A stretch of DNA of 64,000 bases from Candidatus Omnitrophota bacterium (GTDB lineage: Bacteria > Omnitrophota > Gorgyraeia > Zapsychrales > Fredricksoniimonadaceae), in NCBI GenBank assembly GCA_903944345.1, contig CAJARJ010000012.1, positions 4,266 through 68,265 on the forward strand, written 5' to 3'. Below are positions 52,409-61,960 of the stretch, one piece after another (within the stretch, counting starts at the first letter, position 1; each line of letters begins with the position of its first letter). The position numbers were made by a program, and so were the translations under genes. The notes under the pieces are model-generated. The model did no database searches, was not told the DNA's origin, and saw only the letters and a program-made list of their open reading frames with translations.

Positions 52409-53197
52409 TTATCTACAACCACCGCGTGAATTCTTTTCCGGGGTTGCCGATGGTTTGCCATACCAATACGCCTGACGCTCATAATGTTTATGCAGTTGTT
52501 CCTCATAATCACGGGTAGGCAAAGACTCCGCCGTGTATTCCGGAGATTTCTTGATAGTCTCGACTGAAAGACTTATATAAACTTTCGACTCATCCCAACT
52601 CACGCGCTCGATCCATTGTGGCGCCACCAGAACTTTTTTCCCGTGCCACCAATTCTTTGTATCAACGACCAGATAACGAATTGCCCAGGACGCTTCATCA
52701 ATAATAAAATCATCGATATGGCCGATCTCTCCATCCATGGCCTGAATGTGATACCCGCTTACGCTTTGCGTGCTACGCAAATGCGGATCCCACCCTTTCC
52801 CGGTTTGCACAGACTTCTTCCATTGCGTCTGATCACGCACAATACCGGGATACCCGCCCCACATAAATGGACCTTCCCAGTACACAGGATATCCATAATA
52901 TTTATGATAAACATCCTCGAACTGTCGTGAAACAGGCTTGTCGCTATCGAGCGAGGGACTATCCTCAATCTGCTTTCTGCTAAGACCAACAACAATACAC
53001 TGCTCCTCCTCCATCACGGCGCCCAACGCATACGGGGAGATCAAAACCTGCCGGCCTACGAGCCAATTGCCTGTGTCCGCTACCAGATAGCGAATCGTCC
53101 AGTGCTGATCATCGAAATAGAATTCCTTGACCCTGCCAATCTCCTTGCCATCATTGTTTAATTTGAAACCGTTTAGTGTTTTGGCTTTATAGAGCAT
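52409..53197 (-). CDS. Tandem PRC-barrel domain protein
   Basis: Two repeats of DGxIG.V.DF..D..W.IRYLV.DT.NW..G..VL.P; DPHLRS. Confidence 0.87.
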   Translation of the reverse strand: MLYKAKTLNGFKLNNDGKEIGRVKEFYFDDQHWTIRYLVADTGNWLVGRQVLISPYALGAVMEEEQCIVVGLSRKQIEDSPSLDSDKPVSRQFEDVYHKYYGYPVYWEGPFMWGGYPGIVRDQTQWKKSVQTGKGWDPHLRSTQSVSGYHIQAMDGEIGHIDDFIIDEASWAIRYLVVDTKNWWHGKKVLVAPQWIERVSWDESKVYISLSVETIKKSPEYTAESLPTRDYEEQLHKHYERQAYWYGKPSATPEKNSRGGCR

Positions 53198-53293
53198 TCC
53201 GAACCTTTCTGTTATCCAATTTCCTCTGTGAGAGAATATACGAGCCGCCCAACAGAGCGGACGGGTTAGATCGAAACTTTCTCTCGTAATTCT

Positions 53294-53338
53294 ATTCTAG
53301 GAAGGATCAGGAATGGTTCAATTGTACCGAAGTATTAC
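53294..53338 (-). promoter_or_regulatory. Repeated promoter module copy 3 (upstream of PRC-barrel gene)
   Basis: GTAATACTTCGGTACAA-TTG-N19-TAGAAT. Confidence 0.7.
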
Positions 53339-53410
53339 TGCGAAGAAACTGAACAAATGCCACTTTCAGAACGGGCTGATCGCCCCGGACAACAGCCAGC
53401 GTAAATCTAT

Positions 53411-54235
53411 TTAATTCTGTAACTGTTTCTGGATTAAATTCCTGATTTTCTCTGAAACAATCTCCCGGCCCATTTGAGGACTCTCAAGATCAACAACCAA
53501 AACCGTTTGGGGATCATCCCAATTAAACTTTTTGTCATTATTTATATCACGCACGATTTCAATAAAAAGCTTGCGAACTTTCTCGTCGAAATACCATGCT
53601 TTCATCTGGGCATTTTCCGGTGTAACCTGGGTCAGCTTCAAACCACCCAAAGCCGCGATAAATCCTGCTGAAGCGTCAATCTGATTAATGACACCATCAT
53701 TATTCGTATCGTACCGGGCCATTTCGATCAACATAAAAGTTGGCCGGACGGCGTCTTTTTCTTTGTTATAATTCTTTTCAGGAAAATAAATACTGGTAAT
53801 ATACCCATTATCAGCAAGAAGCGCCCTGGACTCACCTGTCAGCTTGTTAACAAAGATTAAATTGTAATATGGTCCACCGTAACCATAGGAATAGCTCCCC
53901 CGCCCCCAACTATCACCGTCGTAACTCTTTGATGCCGAGGCCCTTGAATAGAGACCTATTCTCTCTTCTCCATATTTTCTTTTCTCCAGCCTGACAGGGA
54001 CAATAAAATGATCCAATTCGCTTACCGATAAAGGTAAGCCGAATTCAACAGATAACTTCAACTCCTCATCGCTGCTGCGCGAATCGACTGCAAGCCCCTC
54101 AACGTGATGCCTTTTATGTCCAACAAACGAAAACAACATGCCGACGACCATAATTAGAAAGCCCGCAAGGAAAACAACTCCGACGGAAATACCCACAATT
54201 CTCCAGATCCGGGACAATATTTTATCAAAATCCAT
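53411..54235 (-). CDS. Hypothetical membrane-anchored protein with Ca-binding-like DxNxDG loops
   Basis: N-terminal TM; DTNNDGVINQID and DINNDKKFNWDD; RBS gaaagga. Confidence 0.7.
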   Translation of the reverse strand: MDFDKILSRIWRIVGISVGVVFLAGFLIMVVGMLFSFVGHKRHHVEGLAVDSRSSDEELKLSVEFGLPLSVSELDHFIVPVRLEKRKYGEERIGLYSRASASKSYDGDSWGRGSYSYGYGGPYYNLIFVNKLTGESRALLADNGYITSIYFPEKNYNKEKDAVRPTFMLIEMARYDTNNDGVINQIDASAGFIAALGGLKLTQVTPENAQMKAWYFDEKVRKLFIEIVRDINNDKKFNWDDPQTVLVVDLESPQMGREIVSEKIRNLIQKQLQN

Positions 54236-54366
54236 AACGACTTTCCTTTCGGGGCACCACTGATTTCAAACTTGTCCTGATTTCATGCGTGTTGAATTCT
54301 ACCGGCGCTTTTCAGCGTCATATATGCAACATAAACATAGCATATCAACGTTATTACATCAAAACG

Positions 54367-57300
54367 TTAGCATAACTGCCCCTTTGCACTCTCGGGAACA
54401 TAGCCGACGGCTTTGGCCAATCTTGTACCGACCCAAATTCTCAACCGATCGATATATGAGAACGTTGCCGGAACAACGATCAGAGTCAACAGAGTCGAAC
54501 TAATCAACCCGCCAATAATAGCCACTCCCATGCTTGTCCTTTGACTAGATGTCGCGCTTAAACCAACAGCAACAGGAATCATCCCGGCAATAAGCGCAAA
54601 TGAAGTCATCAAGATCGGCCTTAGCCGTATCTTGCAGGCCTGAACCGTTGCCTCTGGACGACTCAATCCTTCTCGCATTTTATGACAAATGTAATCGACG
54701 AGAAGAATCGAATTCTTACACGCCACACCCAGCAACATGATCATCCCCAGGAATGTAAACATACTCATCGACTGATGAGTTACCCAAAGGGCCACAAAAG
54801 CACCGCAAATAGCAAGCGGCAACGCCAGCATAATGGCAAACGGCATAATAAACGATTCGTACAAACTGGCCAACACCAAATAGATAAACAGGATTCCCAT
54901 CCCCACCGCTGTCATCATAGATCCCAGCATTTCCTGGTAACGTTCGGACTCTCCCCCATAGATGACCCGAACCCCTTCCGGCGGAGGCAATTCTTTTTTC
55001 ATCATAACATCCACATCTCTCATCACATCGCCCAGACCAACACCGGGATTCAATCCTGCTGTAACCTGAACATACCGACCACGATCCATGCGCTTGATAG
55101 ATGCGGCCCCTCGCTCTTGATTAATGTCGGCTACGTCGGTCAATTTGATGAGTCTGCCGTTAACATTGGGAACATAAATCTCGCCATAATTCTGGCTCAA
55201 ATCCCTCTGCTCCGGGAGCAACCGCACGCGGATGTCATACTCCTGCCCGTTTTCTCTGAACTTTGCCGGCTTATCTCCCTCAATCTGGGCATGAATCTCA
55301 TTGCCAAGCGTTTTGGTATTTATCCCATAAACCCTGGCCTTTTCCGCATTCAACTTGATCTGGATTTCCGGCTTACCCAACCGGGCATTGGAATCAACGT
55401 CTTTAAGCCGTTTATCTTCATTCAACTTTGCCAGAAGTTTTAAGACATATTCATCCAGCACCTTTGTGTTTGTCGAAACAAGATTCAACGTAAACGGCTG
55501 GTCTCCGCCCCCGCCAACCGGATCATAATTATTGACCTTCGGATTAGCTGAGGCCAAAACTTTTAATTTTTCACGGAGATCGACCTTGGTCTTCTCCGTT
55601 GAAGTCGAACGTGCTTTTCCCTCTTTAAGTTTGACATAAATGCTGGCTTTATACGGCTCGTTGTTGCTTCCGCCGATCTTTAATTCCGTCAACTCTACAT
55701 CGCTGTTCTGATGAATAATCTCATCTGCCTGTTTACCAACCCGGTTCATGGCATCGAGATTTATTCCCGGTGAAAGTTCCAAAGAGACTGTGAACTGTCC
55801 GTTATCAGCCGTCGGCATAAAGTTTAACGGAACCTTGGCCAGGGAGCTACATGCCACAATAAAAACCAGAAAACTGATCAGCAATGTTCGTTTGGGATAC
55901 TGCACAACCCAACGAAGAATGACTTCATAATACTTTTCAAGCCAGTCCTGAAAAGCGCTAAAGGCGGACAACAATCTGCCAACGGTCTTGTCCCATAAAG
56001 AAAGTTTATGCGCCCCTTCTTTCTTATTTGTACCGACAGCAAGGTAAGTTGACAGCATCGGGGCAATCGTCAATGAATCAAATAAGGAAATCAGCATAGC
56101 AAAACACACTGTTAAGCCGAACTGTCGCATAAAAGTCCCCATCATGCCACTCATAAGGCCAACAGGGGCAAAGGTCGAAAGGACAACCAATGTTGTCGCC
56201 ACAACCGCCAACTGAACCTCCTGTGTTCCTTTAATCGAAGCCTCCCTAGGACTCATTCCCCCTTCAATCTTCCTAAAAATATTTTCACGAACAACAATGG
56301 CATCATCTATTAAAAGGCCGACTGCCAGACTCAGCGCCAACAAACTTATCACATTGAGCGAAAACCCGGCAACAGCCATCAAAATAAATGAACCGATCAG
56401 GGAGTTTGGAAGGGCAAGTCCGGTAATTATAGTCGAGCGGCCATTTGCCAAGAAGAAATAGACAACGAAAATCGTAAGGAAGATACCGATGAGAATTGTT
56501 TCTTCAACGTCTTTAATATTATCCCGGATCTCTTCGCTGGAATCTTGCAAGACCTCAATCTTCGGCTTTCCGGCCATTAAATCGAGCGTCGGTTGAAGTT
56601 TCCTGATCTGCGACATAACGCCATCAGCCACCGAAACGGTATTGGTTCCCGACTGACGGTATACTTCGATCAACAAGGCTTTCTTGCCGTTAACATAAAC
56701 ACGGGATGTTTCATCCTGTAATGTGTCCTGGACTATCCCAAGGTCGGAAACTCTTGTTGCCACCTCATTGTTATAAAGAGTTACCATTGTTTTTCCAATA
56801 TCATCAACATTGGAAAACTCGCCAAGGCTACGAAAAGTCGTTTCATTGTCGCCCTGATTAACAGTACCTCCGGGGACGTTCTCTCCAGTTGACGACAAGC
56901 GAGCGGCTATATCTGTGACCGTCAATTCCCGGTCTTTCAGAATCTTTCGGTCAAGCGTGACATGGATTTCTCTCTTTCTGCCACCGATAATCTTGACCGA
57001 CCCCACGTTCTCCACCCGCTCCAATTCCGGTTTTATCGTCTGGTCGGCGACATCGTACAGCTTGCCATCATCCAGATCACCTGACACGACCAGCTGAAAA
57101 ATAGCCTGGCCTGCCGGATCCATCTTGGTGATCGTTGATTCATCCACACTATCGGGAAGTTGCGGCTTTACCTTGCTGACCTTGTCCCTGACCTTCTGCT
57201 CAATTAGCCGTGAATCAACGCTCATTTGAAACTCAGCTGTAACCTGACTTGTTCCTTCCATGCTCGTTGATGTGATCCGCTTGAGCCCCGCAATCGTGCT

Positions 57301-57513
57301 GATCTCATCTTCCAATGGTTTTGTAACCAACGTTTCAATTTCTGTTGGACCAGCTCCCGGATACGTTGTTGTAACCGTAACTGTTGGAAAACTTGTGTCC
57401 GGGAATTTATCGACACTCAACGTCTGAAAACAGTGAATACCGACTACAATCATGGCCAAGACAAGACAGGTTATAAAAACCGGCCGCTTGATAGCAAGTT
57501 CTGCAAGGCTCAT
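54367..57513 (-). CDS. RND efflux permease (AcrB/AcrD/AcrF family)
   Basis: AIKRPV, GLLIDDAIVVREN, KNSILLVDY, RLRPILMTS; start MSLAEL overlaps the tolC stop. Confidence 0.93.
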   Translation of the reverse strand: MSLAELAIKRPVFITCLVLAMIVVGIHCFQTLSVDKFPDTSFPTVTVTTTYPGAGPTEIETLVTKPLEDEISTIAGLKRITSTSMEGTSQVTAEFQMSVDSRLIEQKVRDKVSKVKPQLPDSVDESTITKMDPAGQAIFQLVVSGDLDDGKLYDVADQTIKPELERVENVGSVKIIGGRKREIHVTLDRKILKDRELTVTDIAARLSSTGENVPGGTVNQGDNETTFRSLGEFSNVDDIGKTMVTLYNNEVATRVSDLGIVQDTLQDETSRVYVNGKKALLIEVYRQSGTNTVSVADGVMSQIRKLQPTLDLMAGKPKIEVLQDSSEEIRDNIKDVEETILIGIFLTIFVVYFFLANGRSTIITGLALPNSLIGSFILMAVAGFSLNVISLLALSLAVGLLIDDAIVVRENIFRKIEGGMSPREASIKGTQEVQLAVVATTLVVLSTFAPVGLMSGMMGTFMRQFGLTVCFAMLISLFDSLTIAPMLSTYLAVGTNKKEGAHKLSLWDKTVGRLLSAFSAFQDWLEKYYEVILRWVVQYPKRTLLISFLVFIVACSSLAKVPLNFMPTADNGQFTVSLELSPGINLDAMNRVGKQADEIIHQNSDVELTELKIGGSNNEPYKASIYVKLKEGKARSTSTEKTKVDLREKLKVLASANPKVNNYDPVGGGGDQPFTLNLVSTNTKVLDEYVLKLLAKLNEDKRLKDVDSNARLGKPEIQIKLNAEKARVYGINTKTLGNEIHAQIEGDKPAKFRENGQEYDIRVRLLPEQRDLSQNYGEIYVPNVNGRLIKLTDVADINQERGAASIKRMDRGRYVQVTAGLNPGVGLGDVMRDVDVMMKKELPPPEGVRVIYGGESERYQEMLGSMMTAVGMGILFIYLVLASLYESFIMPFAIMLALPLAICGAFVALWVTHQSMSMFTFLGMIMLLGVACKNSILLVDYICHKMREGLSRPEATVQACKIRLRPILMTSFALIAGMIPVAVGLSATSSQRTSMGVAIIGGLISSTLLTLIVVPATFSYIDRLRIWVGTRLAKAVGYVPESAKGQLC

Positions 57514-58967
57514 ATTTTTTCTCCTGTCTTTGCAATAGACCAATGGGCCGGATCATTCCGATACAAATTAATCTGCGCCACAAGGTTCAAGACTTCATAC
57601 CCGGCACTTGCGCGAGAATACTCGGCATCAAGATAATCCTTCTCGAATTGCAAAACCTGATAAGTCGTCGTTCTCCCCCGTTTCAAACGTTCCCTTTCAT
57701 ACTCCAATTTTTCTTTCTGTGCTGACTCAATAGTAAAGGTCATTTCAAAACGCTCCCGTGCGTTCTTCAGCTTCTCTTTCAAATCACGCCAATCACTTTC
57801 CTGATCACGTAATTTCTGTTGATACGCCAATCCTGCCGCATCAGCCTTCTTTCGAGCCCCCGCACGGACACTGCCGGAAGCCCCCAGATTTAGAGGGACT
57901 GAAAACTTGAGACCTACTGTCGTTGTCGGATCTTCAGAAGAGAACGAATTCGAAATTGCATCCGAAGACTGCGTTGCACCGCCATTCCAAGCGTAATCAA
58001 CATATAAATTCAATGAGGCTTTATTATCTTCTTCCTTCATCTTGGCATTTGCCGCCGTTGCCTTAGCCGCTGCCTCTGCCGCTTTAACATCTGCCCTTGC
58101 ATCAAAAGAATCTATTTCTACTGGCAAAATTACCTTAACCCTATCCCAATTGATCTGTTCAATGATTGGGCTGTCTTCAACGCTATTGCGATAAGCATTA
58201 AAACTTCGAAGCGCCGCACTTTCATTGTCTTTGGCAGTTTTAAAATCCAGCTTTTTGGATTCAAGATTGGCTTTGGCCTGTAAAACATCTGCCTTATCCT
58301 TTAAGTTCATTCCGGCCTGTTTGGCATCATAATCGTAAATCGCTTGCGAGGCTTCAACTCCACTCCTTTGAATCTCGACCAACTCCCGCATGACCGCCAG
58401 CTTCCAATAATTAATTTCCGCATTTACTAAAAGTATTCTACGGTCATTCTCGGCCTTCCATAGATCCTGTTGGGACTGTGCTCGGGTTGCTTCTTCATTA
58501 GCTCGGTCAGAACAACCAAATCCGTTCTTCCAAACGGGCAAAGAAAGCTCCACTACCGGACTGGCTTCTGAATATTTGTTGGAACCGGTTACAGAAGAAT
58601 ATTGAGTGTCATCAAAAGCATAATAAAGTTTACTCTGAAATCCGTAGCGGCTGGTTTGGCTGATACCAGAAGAGTACGTTTGACTTTCTGTTTTGTTATA
58701 AAGAGAACCGTAGCCCTGCTTCTCATCACTTTTCGCCTCAACATTCGTAAAAAAAGATGGACTGAAGATCAAATCAGCCTCCCTTCCAATCTGCTTAGAG
58801 GCTTCTCTTAATTCTACAGAGCTACGATAAGTGCCATTCTTGACCTGAACCTCTTGTAAATAATCAGGCAATGAAAGCACAGTGCTTGCAGGCGCTTCTC
58901 CCCAGGCTAATGCGGGCGTTACCAGAAGACCGATTCCCAGAAGTACTATCTGTATTTTATTGATCAT
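57510..58967 (-). CDS. TolC-family outer-membrane efflux protein
   Basis: Signal peptide, helical repeats, VGLKFSVPL, GRTTTYQVLQFE. Confidence 0.82.
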   Translation of the reverse strand: MINKIQIVLLGIGLLVTPALAWGEAPASTVLSLPDYLQEVQVKNGTYRSSVELREASKQIGREADLIFSPSFFTNVEAKSDEKQGYGSLYNKTESQTYSSGISQTSRYGFQSKLYYAFDDTQYSSVTGSNKYSEASPVVELSLPVWKNGFGCSDRANEEATRAQSQQDLWKAENDRRILLVNAEINYWKLAVMRELVEIQRSGVEASQAIYDYDAKQAGMNLKDKADVLQAKANLESKKLDFKTAKDNESAALRSFNAYRNSVEDSPIIEQINWDRVKVILPVEIDSFDARADVKAAEAAAKATAANAKMKEEDNKASLNLYVDYAWNGGATQSSDAISNSFSSEDPTTTVGLKFSVPLNLGASGSVRAGARKKADAAGLAYQQKLRDQESDWRDLKEKLKNARERFEMTFTIESAQKEKLEYERERLKRGRTTTYQVLQFEKDYLDAEYSRASAGYEVLNLVAQINLYRNDPAHWSIAKTGEKI

Positions 58968-58985
58968 ATACTATCTCCAATGCCA

Positions 58986-59060
58986 CAAGTAATCGAACAC
59001 TTACTATAAGCATACGGCCCGTAGTTGCATTTGTCAAGTATGTACTCGATTACTTGACAA
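58986..59060. promoter_or_regulatory. Two probable TetR operator sites between divergent tolC and tetR
   Basis: TTGTCAAGTA-N10-TACTTGACAA perfect inverted repeat at 59031-59060; 58986-59005 matches its reverse complement at 17/20. Confidence 0.7.
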
Positions 59061-59103
59061 GCTGATTATTTCAACATAAACTTACTTTCAAGGAGATCCC
59101 ATT

Positions 59104-59718
59104 ATGGATAATGCATTAACGCCCCGGCCAAAACAGAAACGCAATCGCGAAGACAGTAAACAACGCATTCTAAAAGCGGCTTTGGAGACTTTTTCTGAGG
59201 TCGGCTATGATGCGGCTACAACGAAAATGATTTCACTGCGGGCTGGATTAAACGAATCACTAATTCAGCGTTATTTTCAAAGCAAATTCAACTTGCTGGT
59301 AGAAGTGACCCATTCCTCTATGGAAGCCATGCGATTAAAGACACCCCCACCCCCTGCCGCCACACCGGAAGAGGAAATCTGTAACTTCCTGATTAACAAA
59401 CTAGAACACGATTCTCAAAATCAAGGATTCTTAAAGATTCTTTTTTCCAGGCTTCTCATTGACCCGGAGGTTCGAACTGAATTAAAGAAACGTCAGGGAG
59501 GAATGCCGCCAAACTTATTTTTAAAAGATCGCCTCGTAGCATTCCAAAAAAAAGGGCAAATAAGAAATGACATCAACATCGACACTTTAATACAATCTTT
59601 ATTAGCCCAGTCCATCTCTGCCGGTCTATTTGAACGAATATTCTTTGAGAAAGATATTGAAACCTGCAAAGAGCAGTTTCGACAATTTACAAAAAATATT
59701 GTTAAAGGGATTTGTTAG
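59104..59718 (+). CDS. TetR/AcrR-family regulator
   Basis: RILKAALETFSEVGYDAATTKMISLRAGLNESLIQRYFQSK. Confidence 0.92.
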   Translation: MDNALTPRPKQKRNREDSKQRILKAALETFSEVGYDAATTKMISLRAGLNESLIQRYFQSKFNLLVEVTHSSMEAMRLKTPPPPAATPEEEICNFLINKLEHDSQNQGFLKILFSRLLIDPEVRTELKKRQGGMPPNLFLKDRLVAFQKKGQIRNDINIDTLIQSLLAQSISAGLFERIFFEKDIETCKEQFRQFTKNIVKGIC

Positions 59719-59745
59719 AAATACGACCGGAATTTCTTCTGACGG

Positions 59746-59878
59746 AATTAATTAGTGACACACAGAATTGTTTCTTGACATTCTTTACGACAATTAAACT
59801 TGTTGCAGGTCTGGATTTTTTCATTGCAATAGAATGTAACAGAATGTGATAGAACAATTCTGTGTGTCCCCGATTATT
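59746..59878. repeat. 133-bp palindromic non-coding element, copy 1
   Basis: Direct repeat of 61822-61954 with 2 mismatches; terminal inverted arms gtgacacacagaattgtt / aacaattctgtgtgtc[c/a]c. Confidence 0.93.
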
Positions 59879-59994
59879 TTTCTGTACGTAATCGATCCGG
59901 CCTCAAAGACGGCGGTGTTATGATCATAAATTATTTAGTGTGGACAAAGTGTGTACGGAATGGTATCCTTGAATCGTAAAAGAAAGGATCACCT

Positions 59995-60270
59995 ATGCCA
60001 GTTATACAAAAAGACACCCGCATTGACCTGAGGATCGAGAACTCCCAAAAGGACTTCCTGGTCTATGCCGCAGGTCTCAAAAACATGAAGCTCTCCGCTT
60101 TTGTATTAAACAGCGCGATCAAGGAAGCCGAGGATCTGGTGGCCAGCAAGACCCAGTTTGCACTGCCAGATGCCCAATGGAAGGCCTTTAGCGCGGCTTT
60201 GGACCGCCCTGCGCGCGAGAACCCCAAGCTCAAGAAACTCTTCAAGTCAGCCGATGTTTTCCATGGATAA
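59995..60270 (+). CDS. DUF1778 (TacA/AtaR-like) RHH antitoxin
   Basis: KDTRIDLRI, LSAFVL..A, F.AALDRP..NP.LKKL; overlaps the toxin start. Confidence 0.9.
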   Translation: MPVIQKDTRIDLRIENSQKDFLVYAAGLKNMKLSAFVLNSAIKEAEDLVASKTQFALPDAQWKAFSAALDRPARENPKLKKLFKSADVFHG

Positions 60271-60766
60271 GCTTAAAAACCCTGTCCTTCTGGACCAGCA
60301 CCATGATGTCGATGATTTCGACTGCGGTGCTGAGCCTTTAAACAATTACCTTAAGAACTTTGCTCTCACCAACAATCAGAACGGATCGGCCAGGACATAC
60401 ATTACGACCAGATCCGGTAAGGTTGTCGGCTACTATACATTGACCCCAGGCTCGGTCATCAAGGCCACAACACCGCAACGTGTCGGCAAAGGCCTCGCTA
60501 ACCACCCGGTACCCGTCATTGTCATCGCCCGTCTGGCCGTTGATAAGACTGAACAAGGCCACGGCATCGGTAAAGCGCTTGTCCGCGACGCACTGTTAAG
60601 GATCGTTGACGCCGCCGAAATTATTGGAGGCCGCGCCGTTCTCGTCAACGCAAAAGACGCACAGGCTAAACGTTTCTACGAGCAACTGGGCTTTGATCCA
60701 TCCCCCATCGACCCGCTTCATCTTTATTTACTCATCAAAGATATTCAGAAGACAATCGGACTTTAA
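60263..60766 (+). CDS. GNAT acetyltransferase toxin (TacT/AtaT-like)
   Basis: FDCGAEPLNNYL, VVGYYTL, IARLAVD..QGHGIG, AKRFYEQLGF; start re-called at MDKLKN. Confidence 0.9.
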   Translation: MDKLKNPVLLDQHHDVDDFDCGAEPLNNYLKNFALTNNQNGSARTYITTRSGKVVGYYTLTPGSVIKATTPQRVGKGLANHPVPVIVIARLAVDKTEQGHGIGKALVRDALLRIVDAAEIIGGRAVLVNAKDAQAKRFYEQLGFDPSPIDPLHLYLLIKDIQKTIGL

Positions 60767-60909
60767 TTCTTTAAACTATTTGACGAATACCAACGGGCAT
60801 CTTTGACTTATCACCGACATTGGCGAAGGCTCAGGAAGCCCGTCAGCGGTGATCCTAGCTAATCAGAAAACCCGGCTTTGCTCCCGGATAGGCCGGAGCC
60901 TCGAGAACC

Positions 60910-61821
60910 TCACCGATTATATTCGTAGTGCACACTCCGTCCGCCGCCGGAGGCTTGCCGTAACAAGCCTTTTTCGACCATATCCGAGATCTCACGGAAC
61001 GCGGTCGCCCTGCTCGTGCTCCCAAGGCTCACATATTTCCGGGTCGTCAAACCACCGACAAATTCACCCGGCCCGGCATCCAGCATCCGATTAAGGATCT
61101 TCTTTTGACGCTCATTGAGCTGAACTTGCGCGTGCTCTGCCCAAAAATCCGCCTTCAAAAGGACCTTGCCCATTATCTTTTCCGACTTCCCGATGGCGCG
61201 CTGATAACACCCAAGGAACCACGAGAGCCAGCCTGTGAGGTCCAGATCAGCTGTCTTCGAGTTCTTCTCGAGGATCTTGTAATAGTCATCCCGCTCTTCC
61301 ATGATCTGGGATGAAAAGCTGTAGTATCTCACCTTGAGTTTCTCGTCCTGCGCGAGCGCCATATCAGTAAGGCTCCGGGCAATACGCCCATTGCCATCCT
61401 CAAAAGGATGGATCGTCAGAAAATAAAAATGCGCCACCCCCGCGCGCAGAAGCCCGTCCACACTGCCGTGGCTTTCCTTCCACCACTGAAGGAATCTTTT
61501 CATTTCACCATCGACCTCGTCCCCGGGAGGCGCCTCAAAATGGATACGTTCACGCCCCACTGGCCCCGAAACAACGCGCATAGGGTCGTCGTGGCCTCTC
61601 CATTGAGCGACGCGGATCTTATGAAGTCCCGAGTACCCTGTCGGAAAAAGAGCGCCATGCCATCCAAAAAGCCTCTGCTTATTCAAAGAAATATCGAATT
61701 TCCGGGTCGCGTCCAGAACAACCTCGACGAGCCCATCAACAGACCTGGATGAACCCCCGAGACCCGCTGTGGGAAGCCCCAGGTGCCTTGCCACTGAGGA
61801 GCGGACCATCTGCAAATTCAA
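60910..61821 (-). pseudogene. Fic-family protein (DUF4172-Fic-wHTH type), 5'-truncated at the repeat
   Basis: HPFEDGNGRIAR motif intact; the frame begins at LNLQMVRSSVARHLG exactly at the repeat edge, with no RBS and no N-terminal DUF4172 part. Confidence 0.78.
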
Positions 61822-61954
61822 AATTAATTAGTGACACACAGAATTGTTTCTTGACATTCTTTACGACAATTAAACTTGTTGCGGGTCTGGATTTTTTCAT
61901 TGCAATAGAATGTAACAGAATGTGATAGAACAATTCTGTGTGTCACCGATTATT
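61822..61954. repeat. 133-bp palindromic non-coding element, copy 2
   Basis: As copy 1; followed by a second ccgattattc micro-duplication that contains the stop codon of the ankyrin gene. Confidence 0.93.
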
Positions 61955-61960
61955 CCCCGA

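Noticed and set aside
59746-61954. Repeats as CRISPR array, integron attC or dif sites
   Set aside because: Only two long copies 2 kb apart; no attC core motifs, no XerC/D consensus, no cas or intI gene
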